A DNA stretch of 36,982 nt, taken from IMG/VR virus record IMGVR_UViG_3300034349_000076, positions 1-36,982 of that record; one strand, written 5' to 3'. The notes beneath the pieces were generated by a model. The model saw nothing but the letters and a program-made list of their open reading frames with translations. It was not told the DNA's origin and did not search any database. Made by a program: the position numbers and the translations under genes. Origin of the DNA: a virus (taxonomy: Duplodnaviria; Caudoviricetes). This document shows positions 1 to 6,969 of the stretch, one piece after another (position 1 is the stretch's first letter; the number at the start of each line of letters is the position of its first letter).

Positions 1-45
1 TAAGGCAAGCCATGAATATCCATAATGGTGTATCTCTTATCATAT

Positions 46-101
46 TAGTGTGCTAGTGTGCTAGTGTGCTAGTGTGCTAGTGTGCTAGTGTGCTAGTGTG
101 C
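46..101. repeat. Perfect tandem repeat (TAGTGTGC)x7
   Basis: Seven exact 8-mers read directly; the repeat supplies the last codons and the TAG stop of the endolysin. Confidence 0.97.
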
Positions 102-705
102 TCGCTTGCGTTAGCAGCTTCTCATATTCCCTTGCGATTGCTGCTATCTCAGCTGCCTTGTCCTTGCCATTGACACTTTGCCTTGCTGCTGTGTATTGCT
201 TGCGTCCTGCTTGCTTATCCACATATCTGCCAAGCGGTCTCCCATATTGCCCGCTCAGCATTCCATGTACACATAGCATATAGCTTATGCGTTTGTCAAG
301 CACAAGATCCGGTTGCTCGACACAGTCTAGTCCTGTTAGTTCCCTTGCATATGCGTAGTTGTATTTGTGTGTGATCTGTACATATCCTCGTCCATAGTAT
401 GGCCAGTAGCGTAAGTGCTTCGCACGCCATTCCTCTGTGCTGTTTGGTGCTTCCCTGCAAGGCTGCATCCGTGTCCCAGTTTCCCAGTGAATGGTGGCGA
501 GCACATAGCTGTGTTGCCATCTGTCTAGTGCCAGATTGTTCTTCGGATACCCATCTAGCCCTGCTTGTGTCTGCTGTGCTAGCAGCCATTCGATCCCTTC
601 CACCTGCTGTGTACTGCTCAGCTTCCTAAATGCTACTCTCCATCCTGCAAAGAAGTGTGCTAGCCATTGTTGGCTCATGTAGTCGTGTGCTTGTGTGCTG
701 CTCAT
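85..705 (-). CDS. Endolysin, glycoside hydrolase family 19-like
   Basis: YVLATIHWETG (catalytic Glu), second Glu in PCRE, YYGRGYVQITHKYNY signature, ARQSVNG; ATGA overlap with the upstream holin. Confidence 0.88.
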   Translation of the reverse strand: MSSTQAHDYMSQQWLAHFFAGWRVAFRKLSSTQQVEGIEWLLAQQTQAGLDGYPKNNLALDRWQHSYVLATIHWETGTRMQPCREAPNSTEEWRAKHLRYWPYYGRGYVQITHKYNYAYARELTGLDCVEQPDLVLDKRISYMLCVHGMLSGQYGRPLGRYVDKQAGRKQYTAARQSVNGKDKAAEIAAIAREYEKLLTQASTLAH

Positions 706-1010
706 AGCTTCATTCGCTCCACGATTGTCTCTACATTCTGTTGCGTAGTCGTTAGGCTTTGTGTGCCTGGCTGCGTGGGCTGGTCTGTTGCGCGCGTCTG
801 TTGCCTTTGTGTTGCGCTGCTCCCAAACCAGTACCCTACAATCTGCCCTAGCATCGTGAGCAAGCTCCCAATGACTAGCATGCTGATCGGATTATCCGCT
901 GACACTTTGCCTGCCCATATGCCTGCCCCTATCATCCCTAATATGCTCACGCTTAGCACATAGCTTAGTGCGTAGAGAGGTCCAGTGCTCTGTGTTGTGC
1001 CTATATTCAT
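702..1010 (-). CDS. Putative holin (two transmembrane segments)
   Basis: 102 aa, two hydrophobic helices, IVGYWFGSS motif, polar tail, translationally coupled to the endolysin. Confidence 0.75.
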   Translation of the reverse strand: MNIGTTQSTGPLYALSYVLSVSILGMIGAGIWAGKVSADNPISMLVIGSLLTMLGQIVGYWFGSSATQRQQTRATDQPTQPGTQSLTTTQQNVETIVERMKL

Positions 1011-1029
1011 TATGTTGCTAAGCCAAAGT

Positions 1030-1120
1030 TAGTAGTGAAGGAAAAATTTAGAAAATTGGGTATGGTGCCTATGATACAGTCGCTTGCGACAGGGTAAAAG
1101 GGTCGGAGACCCTACCTAAC
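1030..1120 (-). promoter_or_regulatory. Candidate late-promoter / packaging-terminus region with two mini-hairpins
   Basis: Non-coding; GTCGC-TT-GCGAC (1079-1090) and GGGTC-GGA-GACCC (1100-1112) beside A/T tracts, directly upstream of the lysis genes; function inferred. Confidence 0.35.
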
Positions 1121-1197
1121 GGCATAGCGAACGATAGTAAGCTATTCCTTGCTTCTTCTCTTGCCTCGCAGAGCACACACCGTGTACGGTACAGTGC

Positions 1198-1233
1198 TAA
1201 GAAAGCCTCCAGGCTACTTGAGCACTGGGGGCT
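1198..1233 (-). terminator. Possible intrinsic terminator after the 70-aa gene
   Basis: Minus strand AGCCCCCAG...CTGGAGGCT imperfect stem followed by TTCTT. Confidence 0.4.
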
Positions 1234-1251
1234 AGTTGGTAGAGTGCTAGG

Positions 1252-1464
1252 CTAGACCTGTACTGCACTATCCCAAACGGTATAGCGCGCCTTGGTGTCG
1301 ATCAGGGTATCCTTAAACTTGTACTGCATACCCTTACCCTTGTTATAGGACGCACTGGACACTTGCTTGAGAAAAGAGAAGTCCCGGTAAAACACATCCC
1401 AATTGGCTAACAGCACTGGCGAGCAATCAACACAATCGGTGCGCAAAATGGTGAGAATGTTCAT
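1252..1464 (-). CDS. Hypothetical protein (70 aa)
   Basis: CATAGGA motif just upstream of ATG, own promoter-like sequence and downstream hairpin. Confidence 0.65.
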   Translation of the reverse strand: MNILTILRTDCVDCSPVLLANWDVFYRDFSFLKQVSSASYNKGKGMQYKFKDTLIDTKARYTVWDSAVQV

Positions 1465-1530
1465 GTTCGGTATCCTATGGTCAGTGGTTGAGGGGTTGAT
1501 AGGCTTGGCCCGTGCTTATAGCACACTGCC

Positions 1531-1560
1531 ATATTACCGCACCTTGCTACCCCAATGCAA
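1531..1560 (-). promoter_or_regulatory. Sigma70-like promoter
   Basis: Minus strand TTGCAT-18 nt-TAATAT, preceded by AGGTG as in the promoter at 3416-3444. Confidence 0.55.
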
Positions 1561-1644
1561 CACCTATTTCATGGGTCCAGATAGCAGGATACCCCAGCGA
1601 GTGCTAGGGTACCCTATCATAGACACGGAATAGCAGCCTACAGG

Positions 1645-2097
1645 CTACCTACTACACACCATTGTCTCATAAGTCTGTGTGCTAGTCTGCTTCACTAGCT
1701 TGCCAAGATCACGCAAGGTTTGCATATCTTCTTCCGAAATAGCTGAGTATGCCACTATCTCATAGCGTACTTTCCAGCCACGCATACCAGCTATCTTTCG
1801 CTCCACGATCTGTTCAAGTTTGTAAGACTGGCTATCTACATCGGTTGCATTAAGCGCAGTGATATGTGTGCCGCATTCTTCCGTATCGCTGTGCCAATAC
1901 CTTTCGTCGATACGCAATTGCTTGTCTACTACATTTACCACAGTATTCCAAGCAAACGAAGCAGACTCGTCTACTAGCTTGCGCATTGCAGGATGCGAGA
2001 GTGCTACCAGACGCTTTTGCTCTAAGCGAATAGTGCGCTTGCTGTCTGCAATGTACCGGGCAGATTCAGAAACGCGACGAGCATTGTAAGATTGCAT
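1645..2097 (-). CDS. Hypothetical protein (150 aa)
   Basis: Natural-looking composition, CATAGG/TAGG upstream, co-oriented with neighbours. Confidence 0.75.
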   Translation of the reverse strand: MQSYNARRVSESARYIADSKRTIRLEQKRLVALSHPAMRKLVDESASFAWNTVVNVVDKQLRIDERYWHSDTEECGTHITALNATDVDSQSYKLEQIVERKIAGMRGWKVRYEIVAYSAISEEDMQTLRDLGKLVKQTSTQTYETMVCSR

Positions 2098-2255
2098 GAT
2101 ATGTTACCTAACCTATGTGATGTTGCTTGAGCCACCTTTCCCTTTTTCCGCCCTTCTGAGCGCTTCCGTGCGCCCGGCATACGATTGAGCAGATTCGATC
2201 TGGAAACGCCTGAAAGCGGCTGAAAATGGCCCCAGAATCGAATCGGCGACCGATC

Positions 2256-3320
2256 CTAGATTTCCAGGATTTCCCCAGAGTCAGTTTCGACACTGCCAGC
2301 GTTAACGATAGCCAGTGCTGAGCGAATATCGCTTGCTACGGCAACACTTCCCTTGCCTTCTCCTTTTTCGCTAGCCAGTGCAAGTTGTTCCCAACCTTCA
2401 CTGAGGCCATAATCGCTTAGCTTAGCTTCGCTTGCAGGATTACGCTTAGCCTTTTCAACATACTCACAATTCCGCATGATGTTAGCCCATCCTTGGGCGG
2501 TAGGAACACCAGGATTATTATTAAGCCAGAACAGCAGCACAGAGCGCACTGTTCCGGTAGCATCCACAAGCATCTTGAGGATGTTAAGCGTAGGATTAGC
2601 AGCACTAAGCGAATTAGCAGCCGCAATCAGACTAGCACGCTTCTGAGCAGGAGTGAGACGCGTTCCCTTAGCTTCCAGCAAAGCGAGGTAGGCTTGCCAG
2701 CTATCAGGCAAAGTTTCTACCTTTGGAGAAAAGGTAACAGCGTCAACAGCGGTAGCGAGATCAGGAAAGATAACAGGGCTGCGAACAGTGCCCGCACCAG
2801 AAACCTTGCCCATGAGTGCGAGAGACTTGAGCGCGTTAAGAGTAACGCTGTGCATTACTCGCAATGCTGGCTCTTTATATGTCCAGACTCTAGGATCGGT
2901 TTCAGGATTGTCAACCAACGAAACACTGTCAGCGTCTTCTTCGCTATCACCATTTTCTTCGCTGGTATCAGAAGCAGACGAAGCAGACTCAGTAGAATCA
3001 GAAGCAACACCGGATAATGCTTCTTTGTCTTGCTTAGCCTTGAGTTCACGCAAGAATGCTAACTCGTCTGAATCTTGCACAGGAGTTCCAAGCGCAGAGT
3101 CAGGATAAGGAAGCGAAAGCGGAATGTAGCAAATGGTAGGTTTCTTCTTATTGTCTTTATTGCCAATACGAACTTGCGCTTGTTTGCCAAGTGTAATTTG
3201 CCCCCAACCAATTGGGCAAAGCGAGGCAAAGTGAGCGGAAACAAGCGGAGCAAGGTTTTCTTGCTCAGCAACATTAGTGGAAGCAGACTCAGAAGCAGCA
3301 ACAGTCTTATTGGTAGCCAT
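2256..3320 (-). CDS. Hypothetical early protein (354 aa) with Ser/acidic linker
   Basis: Long ORF, strong T-ending codon bias, directly downstream of a near-consensus promoter. Confidence 0.88.
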   Translation of the reverse strand: MATNKTVAASESASTNVAEQENLAPLVSAHFASLCPIGWGQITLGKQAQVRIGNKDNKKKPTICYIPLSLPYPDSALGTPVQDSDELAFLRELKAKQDKEALSGVASDSTESASSASDTSEENGDSEEDADSVSLVDNPETDPRVWTYKEPALRVMHSVTLNALKSLALMGKVSGAGTVRSPVIFPDLATAVDAVTFSPKVETLPDSWQAYLALLEAKGTRLTPAQKRASLIAAANSLSAANPTLNILKMLVDATGTVRSVLLFWLNNNPGVPTAQGWANIMRNCEYVEKAKRNPASEAKLSDYGLSEGWEQLALASEKGEGKGSVAVASDIRSALAIVNAGSVETDSGEILEI

Positions 3321-3415
3321 GATTCAAATACTCGTAACAAAGGATTAGGAGGAAAAGCATACCGGAGATTTTCCGGACCTTGGAAACCTGCGAGAAGCAG
3401 ATCACCATGAAAAGT

Positions 3416-3444
3416 ATCTTACTCGCGCAACAAAGCAGAGTCAA
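3416..3444 (-). promoter_or_regulatory. Near-consensus sigma70 promoter for the leftward early genes
   Basis: Minus strand TTGACT-17 nt-TAAGAT, about 95 nt upstream of the ATG at 3320. Confidence 0.8.
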
Positions 3445-3530
3445 CACCTTTTTAAGCTAGTACAAGGCTAAAACAGCACAAGGTTAGCAAGACAGGCTAA
3501 ACAAGAAAATAACCATGAGCGCGTCATGGG

Positions 3531-3555
3531 AAAAAAGGGGGGTCCGGGGGATTCT
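3531..3555. repeat. G-run element copy 1 (A6-G6-TCC-G5-ATTCT)
   Basis: Near-identical to 4296-4323. Confidence 0.9.
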
Positions 3556-3820
3556 TACAAACACAAGCAACTAGCTAAAACAATCAATAGAACGTGCGCG
3601 TGCGCAAATAGCACAGCGAAAGACAAACTGTCAAGCGAAAAAGCGAACGAACTCGGCAAAGCCTACTTTGGTAATCACGGAAGAACAACACAAGCTCAAT
3701 AGTACAAGCTAAATTGCTAAGGATTAGTAAACACGTTTTGCGAAAAAGGCATGAAAAAGCCGATTTTGTTAAAAAACAAAACGGGCGGACTAAATTGGTT
3801 AAATTAACTATGCGAGAGCT

Positions 3821-3919
3821 AAAATAACATATGCTTAGCATCAACCAGCAATAGCAAGGCTGGTATATGGCACACGCAGCAATAGTAAAGCTGCAAGAGG
3901 AAAAATAGCATATGCTTAG
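3821..3919. repeat. 18-bp direct repeat AAAATARCATATGCTTAG x2
   Basis: Copies at 3821-3838 and 3902-3919, one mismatch. Confidence 0.85.
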
Positions 3920-4040
3920 ACCATATAGAGGCGAATAAGGAAATACAACAAAGCCCAAGCAAGCGCGTAAGACAATTCGTACACAAAAAGTTAAGCAGCA
4001 AGCAACACAAGCAACACAAGCTAAAGAGAGACTAAAATAG

Positions 4041-4852
4041 AAATGTCGAACAAAAACGTGCAAATGTTGCAGATGTGGCAAAGCACAGCTAAATGTCGTT
4101 ATTTGGTTTGCAACATTTGAAAAGCTAAGCGAAACAAAAGGATAGAGCACTTTCAATGCAAATGTCGCAAAATGTTGTGAAGCACTAGCAATGTGGATCC
4201 ACATTTGAAGCAGTTGCAATATGTAATGGAAACAACAACATAGAGAGCTTATTTTGTAAATGTAGCAAAATGTAGCAAAATGTGGCAGATATTGCAAAAA
4301 AAGGGGGGGTCCGGGGGGATTCTAATATCCACGCACTCTAAAACCGGATTTCACGCTCTCAATATTACTAAGCTAGTACTAAAAACCCTTGCCAGATGCT
4401 CTCTAGTATTCTCTTACTAAGGCTGTACATAGTGTTTTAGCGCCTTTTCTTATCTTAATTTTTTCTTCATCCTTTAATAAAAAATACAGAGGGGAAAGAT
4501 AGCGCGCTCGCAGAGGGTCTGGCAGGGCCTAAGAAGGTACTAAATAGCTAAGGATAGGCAAAATAAGCTATGCCAAGGGTCTAAGGAAGCACATCGGCGA
4601 GAAAAAAGACGTGTCAAGCGAAATATTTGCGGCTAAGGGCACTCGGGCACCCCTAAAACAGGCAATATTTGCAACATTTGGCAAATGTGGACAAATTAAC
4701 GCTTGACACGCTCGCAAGCTAATGAAAAGACTGAAGAAAAATAAATGGGAAAATTACAGCCACAATCGACAAAATTCCACATTTTTTCTTAAATCGTTGA
4801 AATTTCAGGAAATACACAGAAAAAATCCACATTTCTACTTGACACCACATTT
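4041..4852. repeat. Array of AAATGTNGCA-like motifs (candidate iterons/operators)
   Basis: About 15 copies in both orientations, three in tandem at 10-bp period (4258-4287), palindrome AATGTGGATCCACATT (4190-4205). Confidence 0.8.
4296..4323. repeat. G-run element copy 2 (A7-G7-TCC-G6-ATTCT)
   Basis: Near-identical to 3531-3555. Confidence 0.9.
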
Positions 4853-4868
4853 CCTTTTATGCGACAAT
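4839..4868 (+). promoter_or_regulatory. Sigma70-like promoter for the rightward early/replication operon
   Basis: TTGACA-18 nt-GACAAT with extended -10 TG, about 90 nt upstream of the ATG at 4957. Confidence 0.7.
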
Positions 4869-4956
4869 CGGGAAGTGTCGGCGCAAACCGGACACACTCT
4901 GGCAGCACTTTTTAGCCTACCTTAGCCCATATCAACACCTCATAGGCAACACAAGC

Positions 4957-5304
4957 ATGACAATCAGCGACTCTTTCGCTTTTGCATACGCACAGACACT
5001 CCCACACCTTTGCTTAGTGCGTGCAATGCCAGCACAAGCGGGGAAAGAACAGGCATACAAGCGGATAGGAGATGGGAAGATTGGGTTCCTTCACACTAGC
5101 AGCACAGCAATTAGGGCACACACAGCACACAACAGCATACAAAGCGAAAGTGCAAGTGCAAGTATACCAATGGTTTGGTCGCCTAAATTAGATTCACTCT
5201 ATCTTGTGAGTCTGACACGCAATAACATGGATCGCACTACATGGATAGGTTTTCTTATTGGTGAAGTAGTGGGAACCCAAGGGACACAAGAGACGCAAGC
5301 ATGA
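4957..5304 (+). CDS. Hypothetical protein (115 aa)
   Basis: CATAGG 10 nt upstream of ATG; ATGA overlap with the next gene. Confidence 0.6.
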   Translation: MTISDSFAFAYAQTLPHLCLVRAMPAQAGKEQAYKRIGDGKIGFLHTSSTAIRAHTAHNSIQSESASASIPMVWSPKLDSLYLVSLTRNNMDRTTWIGFLIGEVVGTQGTQETQA

Positions 5305-5807
5305 AAGCACAAACAGCACACGTAGCACATGCAGCACATGCAATGCAAACAATAGAAATAGAATACACAGACGCATGGGATGCATACAACAATGGGGAGC
5401 CAAGGCAAGGTGAATACCCGCTAGGGGATAAGCTACTCACAGCTATGCAACGACTAGCCTACACAATCGAACAGATAGGCGAAAATGCAGCACAACATAT
5501 GAGTGAAAGCAGACTATACAGGCATAAGGGCAGTAACACGCAGCTAGTCTGTGCAATAGAAGTCTACCAAATGAAGCACGACAGACTCAGAGTATGCTGG
5601 ACTGCACACCAAGCTAATAAGCTAGGCGAGAAGCGTCCAGGCGCAAGAACAGTCTTTGTGTGGTGCGAAGCTAAGGGGTTTCATACACACAGCTATGCAA
5701 TGGAAAGTGCGGAACACTACATAGCGGTACGCAAACTGATTAGCTTGCTGACACGTAGGCTACAGCAAGCACAAGCACACACAACACAAACGACCACAAC
5801 TAACTAG
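5301..5807 (+). CDS. Hypothetical protein (168 aa)
   Basis: Coupled ORF in operon, codon usage like neighbours. Confidence 0.75.
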   Translation: MKAQTAHVAHAAHAMQTIEIEYTDAWDAYNNGEPRQGEYPLGDKLLTAMQRLAYTIEQIGENAAQHMSESRLYRHKGSNTQLVCAIEVYQMKHDRLRVCWTAHQANKLGEKRPGARTVFVWCEAKGFHTHSYAMESAEHYIAVRKLISLLTRRLQQAQAHTTQTTTTN

Positions 5808-5842
5808 CTCACTACTTCTCACACATCATAGGATAAGCAATC

Positions 5843-6928
5843 ATGCAAGCAACAAACGAAAACACACTTCCACTATTTCAGTATTCACTGCTTTGTCCAC
5901 GTACCGGACTAGAAACCCACTACGCTACCCAATACGCGCTAGGCTCATACAAGACTTCCCATGTAGCCCTTGCACCGCTATGGCAGGATAGCAAAGCACT
6001 CCAGAGCCTTCGATTCAAGCTAGCACAAGGCACAAGTAGCGAAAGGGATAGCATCCCGTCATGTGTAGTAGTGGGTGACATTCTATGGCACCTTACTACT
6101 GCACGCACAACAGCACATGGCGCTACTTGCTTGCCTGTGCTACATCATACTACCGCGCAACACTTGGCATTAGCCAATGCAGCACTCTGCGAGCACACAA
6201 CACACTCCCAACTTTGTGTGCTATGGAAAGCCTGCATGTGTGCTTCCTTTGCAGATAGGAAGCAAAGCCTAGAAGAACTGATTGAAGCATGTAGAACAGA
6301 AGACACAGGAGCAAGAAACACTTCTGTTGCACTCCTTGCACAAGGAATAGCAGACCTCATAGTACATAGCACACTAGAAGGGAAACAGCACATAGAAGCT
6401 AAGCGAGAAAAACTAGAACAGATTGCTCGGCCTATTGATGCACCACAGCGCGAAGCGCATAACACACTAGTACGCAACACGCGTAGCATTCCTATCGCAG
6501 ATGCACTCAGCAATGCTTCAGCATGGCTAGCTGTACTCAAACCATCTCAACCTACACCTAAGACTGCACAAGCATGGAAAGACATGCTAAGCCTGCTTCG
6601 CACGCAATCACTCACAAGCTTATGTGCGGCAGACTTGCAAGAAGTCTGTGCATTCTTCCAAGAAGCTAAAGCAACTTCAATTACCAAGAGCAATGTGCAC
6701 ACAAAAGAAGGAGGACTTATTGGTACCTTTCCTAGTTTGCTTGCACGTGCTAGATACGAGCGTGTGCTTTCCCTTGCACTCGTCCAGTATCAGGCTATGC
6801 TAGACAGAGAAACAGCACAAGGCACAAGTAATGTTGCAATGCTCAGCAAGCTATCCCAAGCAGATCAAGAGATGCTTAACGAAGCTAAGCAAGCCTTTGG
6901 TGAGCCAGAGATACTGGATATTGACTAG
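5843..6928 (+). CDS. Hypothetical protein (361 aa), mostly helical
   Basis: Long ORF, CATAGGA upstream, directly precedes the helicase. Confidence 0.85.
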   Translation: MQATNENTLPLFQYSLLCPRTGLETHYATQYALGSYKTSHVALAPLWQDSKALQSLRFKLAQGTSSERDSIPSCVVVGDILWHLTTARTTAHGATCLPVLHHTTAQHLALANAALCEHTTHSQLCVLWKACMCASFADRKQSLEELIEACRTEDTGARNTSVALLAQGIADLIVHSTLEGKQHIEAKREKLEQIARPIDAPQREAHNTLVRNTRSIPIADALSNASAWLAVLKPSQPTPKTAQAWKDMLSLLRTQSLTSLCAADLQEVCAFFQEAKATSITKSNVHTKEGGLIGTFPSLLARARYERVLSLALVQYQAMLDRETAQGTSNVAMLSKLSQADQEMLNEAKQAFGEPEILDID

Positions 6929-6969
6929 TAGAGTATTCCATAGGCTACCCCACATAGAGCACAAGCATC

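Noticed and set aside
1-23. Start of a next leftward gene (ATG at 23 or 13)
   Set aside because: Too little sequence to support a CDS
2108-2293. 61-aa minus-strand ORF
   Set aside because: Starts inside the 354-aa gene without an RBS; better explained as structured RNA, though not excluded
3584-4297. 237-aa minus-strand ORF (and nested 3819-4019)
   Set aside because: Cys/Phe/Leu-rich translation of the A-rich motif array, no RBS, non-ATG start; likely spurious
3450-4900. CRISPR or mini-array
   Set aside because: Repeats are short, degenerate and irregularly spaced with no repeat-spacer periodicity; the Cas4-like gene sits in a recombination module
4722-4925. 67-aa plus-strand ORF
   Set aside because: Overlaps the promoter and motif copies, low complexity, no RBS
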